A DNA stretch of 40,623 nt, from positions 1 to 40,623 of the forward strand of contig CAJOGF010000053.1 in NCBI GenBank assembly GCA_905233995.1. Direction: 5' to 3'. A program made the translations under genes and the position numbers. Every line of letters begins with the position of its first letter. The stretch's first letter is position 1. This document shows, one piece after another, positions 1 through 9,498 of this stretch. The DNA comes from an uncultured Bacteroidales bacterium. GTDB lineage: Bacteria > Bacteroidota > Bacteroidia > Bacteroidales > UBA3824. Below the pieces are notes generated by a model. The model saw nothing but the letters and a program-made list of their open reading frames with translations, made no database searches and had not been told where the DNA came from.

Positions 1-615
1 TCGTTTGCGGTTTTGTTTTTGCTTGTTATGCTGTCAAAATTGCTGAAAAATAATCTTACTTTGCTTATCATGGGAATGATGATAAGTTATCTTTCTGGGG
101 CTTTGGTTAATGTTCTTAATTTTTTTGCTGACGAGGAGAGCCTAAAAAACTTTACTGTTTGGACTTCAGGCAGTTTTTCAATGGTAAGTGTGGAAAATCT
201 AAAAGTTTTTTTGCCGATTTTGTTGACCTTTTCGTTTATTGCGTTTCTTTTTGTTAAACCGCTAAATCTTCTGCTTTTGGGCGAAAATTATGCGTTAAGT
301 CTTGGTGTTGATGTTGAAAAAACAAAAACATTGTTGCTTTTTATTTCAGGAGTTTTAACCTCTTTTGTAACGGCTTTTTGTGGACCTGTTTCTTTTATTG
401 GCTTGTGTGTTCCGCATATTGCAAGAATTATTCTCAAAACCTCTGATCATAAAAAACTCTTGCCTTTTACTATCGTTTTGGGTTCTTGTATTGCCTTGAT
501 TTGTAATGTATTGACGATTTTACCGGCGCAAAGAGGAATCCTTCCTCTAAACGCCGTAACGCCAATTTTTGGAGTTCCTGTTATTGTTTACGTCTTGATT
601 AAAAAATCAAGATAA
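1..615 (+). CDS. FecCD/BtuC-family iron-siderophore/cobalamin ABC transporter permease, 5'-partial
   Basis: Highly hydrophobic; family motifs [12 protein letters not shown] and [15 protein letters not shown]; frame is open to the window edge. Confidence 0.88.
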   Translation, partial: SFAVLFLLVMLSKLLKNNLTLLIMGMMISYLSGALVNVLNFFADEESLKNFTVWTSGSFSMVSVENLKVFLPILLTFSFIAFLFVKPLNLLLLGENYALSLGVDVEKTKTLLLFISGVLTSFVTAFCGPVSFIGLCVPHIARIILKTSDHKKLLPFTIVLGSCIALICNVLTILPAQRGILPLNAVTPIFGVPVIVYVLIKKSR

Positions 616-1614
616 TTCTAAAGAGTTTTCTTTTTCAAGAAGTTCCCAAATACCGAAAACCAATTGTTTTAGTCCTTGTTTTGAAAACGACGAAAACATA
701 TAACACGGCAAATCTTGCGGCAGTGTTTTTTTGATTCCTTCAAGGATTTCTTGGTCTGCGAGGTCGCATTTTGAAATTGCCAAAATCCTTTTTTTGTCCA
801 ATAATTCGGGATTGTATTTTTTGAGTTCATTAAGCAGAACTTCGTAGTCTTTTCTTACGTCGTTGCTATCGGCGGGAATAAGGAAAAGCAAAAGAGGATT
901 TCTTTCAATATGACGCAAAAATCTCAGTCCCAAACCTTTCCCTTCTGATGCACCTTCTATGATGCCCGGAATGTCAGCCATTGCAAAACTATGTTTGCCG
1001 TCAACGTCTACGATTCCGAGTTGTGGTACAAGTGTTGTGAAAGGATAGTCAGCGATTTTTGGTTTTGCAGCCGAAATACTCGATAGCAAAGTTGACTTTC
1101 CAGCGTTTGGAAATCCTACCAAACCAATATCTGCTAAGACTTTAAGTTCAAGAATTTTCCAGCCTTCTTCGCAGTCTTCTCCCGGCTGAGCGTAGCGTGG
1201 TGTTTGGTTTGTTGACGATTTGAAATGTACGTTTCCTAAACCGCCGCGTCCGCCTTTTGCAATTATTTCAGTTTGATTATCTTCAGTTATTTCAAAAAGT
1301 ATTTCACCCGTTTCGGCATCTTTTGCAACCGTTCCGAGTGGTACTTCTATGATAACATCTTTGCCGTCTTTGCCTTTCCATGTATCGCGCATACCAGAAA
1401 CACCGTCTTCAGCAATTATGTGTTTTTGATATTTTAAATGAAGCAGAGTCCAAAATTGTTTGTTACCTTTTACAATTATGCTTCCGCCTTTGCCGCCGTC
1501 GCCGCCATCGGGACCTGCTTTCGGACGGTATTTTTCTCTTTTTAAGTGCGCACTCCCTGCGCCTCCTCGTCCTGATTTTACGTATATTTTAACGTAGTCT
1601 ATAAAGTTGTCCAT
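607..1614 (-). CDS. obgE: GTPase ObgE/CgtA
   Basis: FIDYVKI start, Gly-rich Obg domain ([11 protein letters not shown]), G1 [18 protein letters not shown]4-like SKCD. Confidence 0.97.
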   Translation of the reverse strand: MDNFIDYVKIYVKSGRGGAGSAHLKREKYRPKAGPDGGDGGKGGSIIVKGNKQFWTLLHLKYQKHIIAEDGVSGMRDTWKGKDGKDVIIEVPLGTVAKDAETGEILFEITEDNQTEIIAKGGRGGLGNVHFKSSTNQTPRYAQPGEDCEEGWKILELKVLADIGLVGFPNAGKSTLLSSISAAKPKIADYPFTTLVPQLGIVDVDGKHSFAMADIPGIIEGASEGKGLGLRFLRHIERNPLLLFLIPADSNDVRKDYEVLLNELKKYNPELLDKKRILAISKCDLADQEILEGIKKTLPQDLPCYMFSSFSKQGLKQLVFGIWELLEKENSLELS

Positions 1615-1642
1615 AATGTTTTCTTAAAATAATTTTTTCTTG

Positions 1643-2899
1643 TTATGATTGTGCATAGCGTAAGAAATCCGCATTTGCAAGTTTTTCTTTCGCTAATTCT
1701 AATGTTACTGTATACGATGAAATATTTTGCGAAGGTATGTTGTACATAACATCAAGCATAATCGTCTCACAGATAGAACGTAAGCCTCGTGCGCCGAGTT
1801 TAAATTCTACGGCTTTGTCCACAATATAGTCAAGGACTTCTGGCTCAAAGTTCAAATCCACGTTATCCATCTTGAAAAGTTTCAAGTATTGACGGATAAT
1901 CGCATTCTTGGGTTCGGTAAGAATATTTCTTAACGCTTGCCTATCAAGAGGTTCAAGAAACGTCAAAACAGGAAGTCGTCCAATAATTTCGGGGATTAGT
2001 CCAAACGATTTTAAGTCCGTTGGAGTTATGTATTGAAGCAAATTGTCTTTGTCAATTTTGCCTGTCTCTCTTATTGAGTTGAAACCTACAACCTCGGCAT
2101 TGAGTCTTTGTGCTATTTTTTTCTCAATTCCGTCAAAAGCACCGCCGCAGATAAAAAGAATATCTTTGGTGTTGACAGAAATCATTCTTTGTTCTGGATG
2201 TTTTCTGCCGCCGTTTGGTGGGACGTTAACAATGCTACCTTCGAGTATTTTCAGAAGTCCTTGCTGAACGCCTTCTCCCGATACGTCTCTTGTTATTGAC
2301 GGATTATCGCCTTTGCGTGCTATTTTGTCGATTTCATCAATAAAAACTATTCCTTTTTCGGCGAGTTCCACATTGTAGTCGCAGGCCTGAAGCAGACGGG
2401 TTAAAAGACTTTCAACATCTTCGCCTACATAGCCGGCCTCGGTAAGGACTGTTGCGTCAACAATAGTAAACGGTACGTTCAAAAGTTTTGCAATTGTTTT
2501 GGCTAACAGAGTTTTACCCGTACCCGTTTGACCAACCATTATGATGTTGGATTTTTCAATTTCAACTTCATCTGAGTTGTTTTTTGTCCGTTGAGGTTTT
2601 TGATTAAGACGTTTATAATGATTGTAAACGGCAACGCTCAAAGATTTTTTTGCATTTTCCTGACCGATAACGTATTGATCAAGATATTCTTTTATGTCCG
2701 AGGGTTTATATTTAAAGGAAATTCCTTCCTTTGAGGATTTTCCAGCGGAGTTTTGACCATCGAATTGTTCCGTGGTTATCTGATACGCTTGCGTTGCGCA
2801 AAAATTGCATATATTGGCATCTATGCCTTGTATAAGCATATCTACCTCACTTTTGGCACGACCGCAAAAGTTACATCTGGTTATGGTCTGTTTTGACAT
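1643..2899 (-). CDS. clpX: ATP-dependent Clp protease ATP-binding subunit ClpX
   Basis: N-terminal C4 zinc finger (CNFC...CNFC), Walker A GQTGTGKT, TEAGYVGEDVE, DEIDK, RDVSGEGVQQ, GGRKHP, GARGLR. Confidence 0.98.
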   Translation of the reverse strand: MSKQTITRCNFCGRAKSEVDMLIQGIDANICNFCATQAYQITTEQFDGQNSAGKSSKEGISFKYKPSDIKEYLDQYVIGQENAKKSLSVAVYNHYKRLNQKPQRTKNNSDEVEIEKSNIIMVGQTGTGKTLLAKTIAKLLNVPFTIVDATVLTEAGYVGEDVESLLTRLLQACDYNVELAEKGIVFIDEIDKIARKGDNPSITRDVSGEGVQQGLLKILEGSIVNVPPNGGRKHPEQRMISVNTKDILFICGGAFDGIEKKIAQRLNAEVVGFNSIRETGKIDKDNLLQYITPTDLKSFGLIPEIIGRLPVLTFLEPLDRQALRNILTEPKNAIIRQYLKLFKMDNVDLNFEPEVLDYIVDKAVEFKLGARGLRSICETIMLDVMYNIPSQNISSYTVTLELAKEKLANADFLRYAQS

Positions 2900-2930
2900 A
2901 ATCGTATTATAAATATTTTTTTCAAGTGCG

Positions 2931-2938
2931 CAAAGTTA
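2931..2938 (-). promoter_or_regulatory. Bacteroidota sigma-A -7 element (TAACTTTG) for clpX-obgE
   Basis: Matches TAnnTTTG on the minus strand about 30 nt upstream of the clpX ATG. Confidence 0.65.
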
Positions 2939-3017
2939 TAAAAAATTTTTTTTACCGTATGGATTTTTTTGCACGTTTAAGAAAAAAATATTTTCTTTGC
3001 ATAAAAAAATATCTTGT

Positions 3018-4472
3018 ATGAACTTTTTTTTTGAACTTATTGATGTTGAGCCTTTCGTTTACGGTTTAGAATTTAAAAACCGTATTAATTTGAAAGTATC
3101 TAAAGGCGAACACCTTTGCGTTGTTGGTCCAAACGGGTCAGGAAAAACAAAATTTGGCGAAATGCTTTGTGGAAAAGTGCCTATTAGAGCCGGCAAAGCG
3201 TTGTTTTCGTTTTTGCCTTCTGGTTCTGGTTATGTTAAAGACAAGGTCATAAAAGTAGGTTTTGAGTCGGCGTACACAATGGCTGACTATTCAAATATGT
3301 ATTATCAGCAAAGATTTTCTTCCACCGAAAACGAATGGAACTCGCTTGAAAACAAAAAAATGCCAACAGTAAAAGATTTGTTGGATAATTTAAATGGTGA
3401 AAGTAAATCGTTTTGGATAGAAAAACTTCGTCTTGAACAATTATTTGATAGAACATTGATAATGCTTTCGTCGGGAGAGTTAAGACGTTTTCTTATCGCA
3501 AACATTCTTATAAAAAAGCCTGAAATCATCATTTTTGACAATCCTTTTATTGGTCTTGATGTTCAAAACCGAAAAGAATTGAACGAACTTTTCAAAGAAA
3601 TTTCCTTGACTCAACAGATGATTTTTTTAGTTCCTGATGTTAACGAAATTCCTGAAGTTTCTAAGACAGTTTTACCTTGCAAAAATTTGGAATTTTTCGA
3701 TAAAATGTCAAAAGAGGAATTTTTGGCGGACAAAAGTTTTCAGCAATTTATTTTTGAAGATAAATTTTCGTCTTCGGGAACTCTGTTAGAGCCGTATCAT
3801 TCACTCAATAGGGATTTTAAGTACGCTGCTATTTTAAAAGGCATCAGTATCAAATATCCTAAAAGAACGCTTTTTGAAAATCTTAATTGGGAAATCAAAA
3901 AAGGAGAAAAATGGATTCTTTCGGGTTCTAACGGTAGCGGAAAGTCAACCCTTTTGAGCCTAATAACTGCCGATAATCCTCGTAGTTATAATATGGACAT
4001 AACTCTTTTTGACAGAAAACGAGGCACAGGCGAAAGCATTTGGGACATCAAAAAAAGAATTGGGTATATTTCGAGCGAAATGCACCTTTATTTCCGAGAA
4101 AACCAACTTTGCAAAAAGGTTGTTGCTTCTGGTTTTTTTGATACTCAAGGGCTTTTTAGAGAGTGTAGCCCTCAACAATTTGAAATGGCATGTCGTATGT
4201 TGGAGATTTTCGGAATTGGAGGTTTGTCAGAAAAACCTTTCTTAAAAATTTCCGACGCAGAGCAGAGAATTGTATTGCTTGCAAGAACAATGATAAAAAA
4301 TCCTGACCTTTTGATTTTGGACGAGCCTTTGCATGGTCTTGATCCTATCAACAAAAAAAGAGCGAAATATCTTATTGATATGTATGCCGCACAAGAGGAT
4401 AGGACATTGGTTTTTGTAACGCATAATTCAGAAAACATTCCTTCTTGTATTACAGACACTTTTAAATTGTAA
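3018..4472 (+). CDS. ModF-like ABC ATP-binding protein with two nucleotide-binding domains
   Basis: Two Walker A motifs (GPNGSGKT, GSNGSGKS), LSSGELRR, GTGESIWDIKKRIG, LILDEP; ATG 3018 preferred to TTG 2997. Confidence 0.85.
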   Translation: MNFFFELIDVEPFVYGLEFKNRINLKVSKGEHLCVVGPNGSGKTKFGEMLCGKVPIRAGKALFSFLPSGSGYVKDKVIKVGFESAYTMADYSNMYYQQRFSSTENEWNSLENKKMPTVKDLLDNLNGESKSFWIEKLRLEQLFDRTLIMLSSGELRRFLIANILIKKPEIIIFDNPFIGLDVQNRKELNELFKEISLTQQMIFLVPDVNEIPEVSKTVLPCKNLEFFDKMSKEEFLADKSFQQFIFEDKFSSSGTLLEPYHSLNRDFKYAAILKGISIKYPKRTLFENLNWEIKKGEKWILSGSNGSGKSTLLSLITADNPRSYNMDITLFDRKRGTGESIWDIKKRIGYISSEMHLYFRENQLCKKVVASGFFDTQGLFRECSPQQFEMACRMLEIFGIGGLSEKPFLKISDAEQRIVLLARTMIKNPDLLILDEPLHGLDPINKKRAKYLIDMYAAQEDRTLVFVTHNSENIPSCITDTFKL

Positions 4473-4501
4473 ATTTTTTTTGGCGGAAAGTTTTATTTAA
4501 T

Positions 4502-4509
4502 TATTTTTG
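4502..4509 (+). promoter_or_regulatory. -7 element (TATTTTTG) upstream of aroC
   Basis: TAnnTTTG consensus about 45 nt before ATG 4556. Confidence 0.55.
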
Positions 4510-4555
4510 CGTTTTGTATAAAAAGGAAAAATGAACTTGATTAATATTTTTGTTT

Positions 4556-5501
4556 ATGAATACATTCGGTAGGTATTGTGGTTGACGGTTGTCCGGCAGG
4601 AATACCTTTGACAGAAGAGGATTTTCTTGAGGATTTGTCGCGAAGAAAGTCAGGGCAAAAAGGTACAACACCAAGAAAAGAAGACGATTTGCCAGAATTG
4701 CTTTCAGGTGTTTTTTCGGGAAAGACAACGGGTGCGCCTATTGCAGTTCTTTTTAGAAATAATAATACTAAAAGTAAGGATTATAGTCAGTTGTTCAATC
4801 ATCCAAGACCCGGACATTCTGATTTTGTGGCAAGAATAAAGTACGGTGGGTTCAACGATTATACGGGCGGAGGACATTTTTCTGGAAGATTAACTTTGGG
4901 GCTTGTAGCAGCCGGTGTGATTGCCAAAAAAGTATTATCGCCGGTAAGCATAACTTCAAAAATTCTTGAAATAGGCGGTACTGCCGATTTCGACAAAGCA
5001 TTAAATTTGGCTCAAGAAACCAAAGATTCAATCGGCGGACTTATTGAATGTACAGTGTCAGGATTGCCTGTTGGCTTAGGTGAGCCTTTTTTTGGAAGTG
5101 TTGAATCAGTAATTAGTTCAATTGTCTTTTCTATTCCAGCGATAAAAGGTATTGAATTTGGAGCCGGATTTAATGTTGTGAAAATGACGGGTAGTTTCAA
5201 CAACGATTGTATTCTTGATTCTTCTGGCAAAACTGAAACTAATAATTCAGGTGGTATCAATGGTGGAATTTCCAATGGTAATGATATTGTTTTTAGAGTG
5301 GCAGTAAAGCCGACACCGTCGGTATCGCTTCCTCAAGAAACATATAATTTTAGTACGGGAAAGGTTGAGCCACTTGTTGTAATAGGACGACATGATTTGT
5401 GTGTTGCTCTTAGAGTTCCGCCCGTTTTGGAGGCTGCTGCTGCTGTTGCCTTAGCCGATTTGAGTTTGATTGCACAAAAAACTCCAAGAGTTTTTTGTTA
5501 A
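4556..5501 (+). pseudogene. aroC: Chorismate synthase with a 5' frameshifting deletion (remaining ORF 4578-5501)
   Basis: RPGHSD, GGGHFSGR, TNNSGGINGGISNG, KPTPS and GRHD motifs present. The natural start MNTFGR at 4556 is out of frame with VGIVVDGCPAG, and the conserved GESHG segment is absent. Confidence 0.85.
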
Positions 5502-5560
5502 ATTACGAATTTTGAATTACGAATTTTGAATTTTTAATTTTTAATTGTCAATTGTCAATT
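5501..5560. repeat. Heptamer tandem array AATTnnn x8
   Basis: AATTACG AATTTTG AATTACG AATTTTG AATTTTT AATTTTT AATTGTC AATTGTC AATT fills the aroC-lpxH spacer. Confidence 0.9.
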
Positions 5561-5563
5561 ATT

Positions 5564-6307
5564 ATGGCTTATTATTTTGTATCTGATTTTCATTTAGGTT
5601 CGCCAAACAAAGAGATTTCTTTGGAAAGGGAAAAACGTGTTATTCGTTGGTTGGATTTTATAAAAACCGACGCAAAAGCGTTGTTTTTGCTTGGCGACAT
5701 TTTTGATTATTGGTACGAATGGAATAATGTTATCCCCAAAGGCTTTTATAGATTTTTTACCAAACTCGCCGAATTAAGAGAAATGGGAATTGAAATCAAT
5801 TATTTCACTGGCAATCATGATGTTTGGCAATATCATTATCTTCACGATGAATTTGGGATTAACGTTTATTCTAAGCCTTGTGCTTTTAATCTTGAAGGGA
5901 AAAAAGTTTTTTGTGGACACGGCGATGGATTAGGAAGCAATAGTTTGGGATATTTTATAATAAAATCAATTTTTACAAGTAAATTTTTGCAGTTTTTGTT
6001 TTCAAACTTTTTCCATCCAAATCTTGCGATGTGGATAGGTTTTTATTGGAGCCGTCATCGACATCAATACGATAGAAAAACTTTTCCGTTTCAAGGCGAA
6101 AACGAGCATATTATAAAGTATATTAGAAAAATAATGTCGAAAGAAAACGCTGATTTTTATATTTTCGGACATCGACATATTGAAACGGAAATGTTTTTGA
6201 ACGAAAATGTTAAATATCTAAATACTGGTGTTTGGTACAGAAATTCTCCGTATGCTGTTCTAAAAAACAATGAGATAACTTTGCAACATTTTGAAGAGGA
6301 AAATTAA
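5564..6307 (+). CDS. lpxH: UDP-2,3-diacylglucosamine diphosphatase (LpxH-like metallophosphoesterase)
   Basis: SDFHLG, LGDIFD, GNHD, HGDG and FGHRH calcineurin-like motifs; ATG 5564. Confidence 0.85.
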   Translation: MAYYFVSDFHLGSPNKEISLEREKRVIRWLDFIKTDAKALFLLGDIFDYWYEWNNVIPKGFYRFFTKLAELREMGIEINYFTGNHDVWQYHYLHDEFGINVYSKPCAFNLEGKKVFCGHGDGLGSNSLGYFIIKSIFTSKFLQFLFSNFFHPNLAMWIGFYWSRHRHQYDRKTFPFQGENEHIIKYIRKIMSKENADFYIFGHRHIETEMFLNENVKYLNTGVWYRNSPYAVLKNNEITLQHFEEEN

Positions 6308-6351
6308 AGCAAAATTCACTATTCTTTTGCCTTAACATAAAAGATTGAAAA

Positions 6352-6359
6352 TACTTTTG
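6352..6359 (+). promoter_or_regulatory. -7 element (TACTTTTG)
   Basis: TAnnTTTG about 22 nt upstream of ATG 6382. Confidence 0.6.
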
Positions 6360-6381
6360 TATCAAAAAATTAGTAGTTGAT

Positions 6382-7632
6382 ATGAAAAGAATAGTATTAT
6401 TTTTTGCGTTTTTGCTTTTAGGTTTTGGACTTAAAGCCCAAAACGATGAATGTATGGTAAATTATTCCATTTATAAAGAATTTGTGAATGTGGAATCGTA
6501 TTCTAATGCTGTAAATACATATAGAAAAATTTTTCAGGATTGTCCAAAGTTCAACAAAATTATTTATATAGATGGCGTTAAAATATATAAAGGTCTTATT
6601 GCCAAAACCAATGATAATAATTTGATAAACGCGTATGTTGACACGATAAAATTGATTTATAACCAAAGAATTGAAAACTACGGAGAAAAACCACAATGTC
6701 TTAGTCGTATGGCTTTTGATGTTATGAAACTAAGAAAATCGGACACTGCTTATATGGAAGCCTTTTCACTTTTTGATAGTTCGGTTAAGCAGTTTGAAGG
6801 TAATGCCGATTTAGGCACGTTGACAGCGTATTTTCAACTTGCCGTAACACTTTCCACCCAAAAAAAATTGTCAAATGAAAAGTTATTTTCCGTTATTGTT
6901 CCGCAACTTTTAATTATAAAACAGAACAATGAAAAGGAAAAAGAAGAAAAATTGGTTGCTTACTTAAACAAGAATTTGTCAAAAGTATCAGGTTATAAGG
7001 AAACATTTGACAAACTTTTTGTTGAAAATTATTCTGTAAATTCAGATATACCATTTATTGTCAATCTAAGTTCTGTTATGAGCGATTTAGATTGTATTGG
7101 TAATCAATTATATGCGCAATGTGCAGAAAAACTATACAACGATAATCCGTCTGCGCTTTCAGCCGTTTTGATTGCTCGTTACTGCAAAAAAAACAAAGAG
7201 TACGACAAGGCTGCTGAATATTATTCAAAGGCTGTTGATTTGGAGGAGGATGCTAATAAAAAATCGTTGTACCTTTATGAGTCGGCACTTGTGGCAAATT
7301 ATCAGAAAAAATATTCTTTGGCAATTTCGTTTGCAAAGAAATCTTTGGAACTCAATTCTCAAAATGCAAATGCTTATCTGTTGATAGGTGCAGTTTACGG
7401 CTCTAATGCTTCTCTTTTTGCTCATCGTCAAATCTATTGGGTTGCTGCCGATTATGTTGAAAAAGCCAAAAAAACTGACATCTCTTTGACAGAGCAAGCC
7501 GATGAATTGTTGAAAAAATATTCGGCTCTTTTCCCTAACAAAGAAGATGCTTTTATGCACTCTGTTAAGTCGGGAGATGTGGTTAAAATAACTGCATTCG
7601 GTACTGAAACTACAACTGCAAGATTTTTGTAA
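6382..7632 (+). CDS. Exported tetratricopeptide-repeat protein
   Basis: Signal peptide (MKRIVLFFAFLLLGFGLKAQ); C-terminal TPR-like helices (YDKAAEYYSKAVDLE, AISFAKKSLELN, NAYLLIGAVY). Confidence 0.8.
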   Translation: MKRIVLFFAFLLLGFGLKAQNDECMVNYSIYKEFVNVESYSNAVNTYRKIFQDCPKFNKIIYIDGVKIYKGLIAKTNDNNLINAYVDTIKLIYNQRIENYGEKPQCLSRMAFDVMKLRKSDTAYMEAFSLFDSSVKQFEGNADLGTLTAYFQLAVTLSTQKKLSNEKLFSVIVPQLLIIKQNNEKEKEEKLVAYLNKNLSKVSGYKETFDKLFVENYSVNSDIPFIVNLSSVMSDLDCIGNQLYAQCAEKLYNDNPSALSAVLIARYCKKNKEYDKAAEYYSKAVDLEEDANKKSLYLYESALVANYQKKYSLAISFAKKSLELNSQNANAYLLIGAVYGSNASLFAHRQIYWVAADYVEKAKKTDISLTEQADELLKKYSALFPNKEDAFMHSVKSGDVVKITAFGTETTTARFL

Positions 7633-7672
7633 AAAAAGTTAAGAAAAATTTGGTGATACAAAAAAAAGACTT

Positions 7673-7680
7673 TATATTTG
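7673..7680 (+). promoter_or_regulatory. -7 element (TATATTTG)
   Basis: TAnnTTTG consensus with a TTTG about 21 nt upstream (7648-7651). Confidence 0.65.
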
Positions 7681-7684
7681 CTTG

Positions 7685-7824
7685 CAGAAAAAAACATAAA
7701 ACCGCAGTGATTGCGATGGATTTTTCTTTAGACTAAAATTGTTTTCATATCTTGTTTGATTTTAAGTGTTATTTTTTTTGAAAAAAGTCCGGAATGTATT
7801 TTGAATTTTGCCGGACTTTTTTTT
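7685..7824 (+). ncRNA. Candidate small RNA or terminated leader
   Basis: Bounded by a consensus promoter and an intrinsic terminator; CGCA-GTGAT-TGCG hairpin; U-rich core antisense to a typical start-codon region. Confidence 0.4.
7781..7824 (+). terminator. Intrinsic terminator hairpin
   Basis: AAAAAAGTCCGG ... CCGGACTTTTTTTT inverted repeat with a U-tract. Confidence 0.7.
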
Positions 7825-7849
7825 AACTATAACTGAAAATAAATTGTTT

Positions 7850-9391
7850 ATGTACACAGATAATGATATAAAATATTTCGCAGAACGCGGAATTAAGGTT
7901 GAGGAAATCAACAGGCAGTTGGAGTTTTACAAAAACGGTTTTCCGTATTTGGAACTTGTTCGTCCCGCTGTTGCAAACGACGGTATCAGATGTTTTTCGG
8001 AGCAGGAGATTTCGGAGTTTGTGCAGAAGTATAATGCGGACTCGCAAGAGATTAATATTGTAAAGTTTGTACCTGCCTCTGGTGCGGCTTCAAGAATGTT
8101 TAAGGATTTGTTTGTTTTTGTATCGGAATATAATGGTACTCCGGAGCAGAAACAAAAGTTTGCTGACATTGCCTCGCCGGCGCGTCGTTTTATTGATAAT
8201 ATTGATAGGTTTGCTTTTTATGACAACCTTCAAAAGATTGTCTATGGCAAATATGGTATGTCGGTAAAGGAGCTGCTTCAGGCGCATAAGCCGAAGGAGT
8301 TGGTAGAGAGTGTGATTTCGAGCGAAGGGCTCAATTATGGCAATCTTCCAAAGGGTTTGATAGAGTTTCACCGCTACAAAAATACAACGAGAACTCCAAT
8401 AGAAGAGCATATTGCAGAAGGTATTCAATATGCGAAGTCTGGCAAAGATGTAAAAATCCATTTTACAGTATCGCCAGAGCATTTAGGCTTGTTTACAGCT
8501 TTTGTGGAAAAGGCGAGAAACTTTTTTGAGGAGAAATATGCTTGTAAACTTCACATTGATTTTTCAACGCAAAAGCCTTTTACCGATACTATTGCTGTGG
8601 ACGATAATAACGAAATTTTCCGCAATGAAGACGGTACTCCTTTGTTCCGTCCGGCTGGGCATGGTTCGTTGATTGAAAATCTTAACGATATTAAGGCTCG
8701 TCTTATTTTTATTAAGACCATTGATAATGTTGTTCCCGATTCAAGAAGGGAAACTACAATAAAGTATAAAGAAGCGTTGGCGGGTTATCTTCTCAAAACT
8801 AAAGAAAATATCGCCGATTACATAAAGTTGCTTGAAAACAATCCAACAAGTCAACAACTTGATGAGGCATACGTTTTTGTCAGCAAGAAACTTTGTGTAG
8901 AATTTCCTGAAGACTTTTTGAATTTGTCAGAAAAGGAAAAAGCCGAGAAAATGCTTCTGAAACTCAAACGACCTTTGAGAGTTTGTGGTATGGTAAAGAA
9001 CGAGGGCGAACCCGGTGGAGGACCTTTTTGGGCTAAAAATCAAGACGGTACAACATCGCTTCAGATTGTGGAAAGTTCTCAAATAGATAAAAATAATCCT
9101 AAGAGTCAGGAAATTGTTAAAAAAGCGACACATTTCAATCCTGTTGATTTGGTTTGCGATGTTACTGACTGCGAAGGAAACAAGTTTGATTTAAGGAATT
9201 TTACCGATCCTCTTACAGGATTTATTTCGCATAAATCCAAAAACGGTAGAAATCTCAAATCTATCGAAAGACCCGGACTTTGGAATGGCGCAATGTCGGA
9301 TTGGAACACTATTTTTGTTGAAGTTCCGATTGAGACATTCTCTCCCGTTAAAACAGTGTTGGATCTTTTGAGGGAGCAACATCAAATTTAG
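7850..9391 (+). CDS. DUF4301 family protein
   Basis: KFVPASGAASRMFK, PKGL, HFTVSPEH, FRPAGHG, RVCGMVKNEGEPGGGPFW, THFNPVD, PGLWNGAM; ATG 7850 preferred because TTG 7808 lies inside the terminator. Confidence 0.9.
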   Translation: MYTDNDIKYFAERGIKVEEINRQLEFYKNGFPYLELVRPAVANDGIRCFSEQEISEFVQKYNADSQEINIVKFVPASGAASRMFKDLFVFVSEYNGTPEQKQKFADIASPARRFIDNIDRFAFYDNLQKIVYGKYGMSVKELLQAHKPKELVESVISSEGLNYGNLPKGLIEFHRYKNTTRTPIEEHIAEGIQYAKSGKDVKIHFTVSPEHLGLFTAFVEKARNFFEEKYACKLHIDFSTQKPFTDTIAVDDNNEIFRNEDGTPLFRPAGHGSLIENLNDIKARLIFIKTIDNVVPDSRRETTIKYKEALAGYLLKTKENIADYIKLLENNPTSQQLDEAYVFVSKKLCVEFPEDFLNLSEKEKAEKMLLKLKRPLRVCGMVKNEGEPGGGPFWAKNQDGTTSLQIVESSQIDKNNPKSQEIVKKATHFNPVDLVCDVTDCEGNKFDLRNFTDPLTGFISHKSKNGRNLKSIERPGLWNGAMSDWNTIFVEVPIETFSPVKTVLDLLREQHQI

Positions 9392-9498
9392 TAGAAAAAA
9401 ATAAATCTTTTATTTGTTGTTTTTAGGCGGGTTGATGTGTTAAATTTTTTTTGCGCATTTCCCCGTCTGTTTTTTAATAATTTTTTCATAACAAAAAA

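Noticed and set aside
4583-4585. TGA in the aroC start frame as a selenocysteine or readthrough site
   Set aside because: The homologous sequence continues in a different frame and a conserved segment is missing, so readthrough would not restore the protein
7728-7748. Minus-strand mini-ORF MKTILV as a branched-chain amino-acid leader peptide
   Set aside because: No downstream gene on that strand and far from the ilv genes; better explained as the antisense face of the sRNA candidate
9425-9476. Possible terminator AGGCGGG...CCCGTCT-T-run after DUF4301
   Set aside because: Long irregular loop and imperfect stem; plausible but too weak to list
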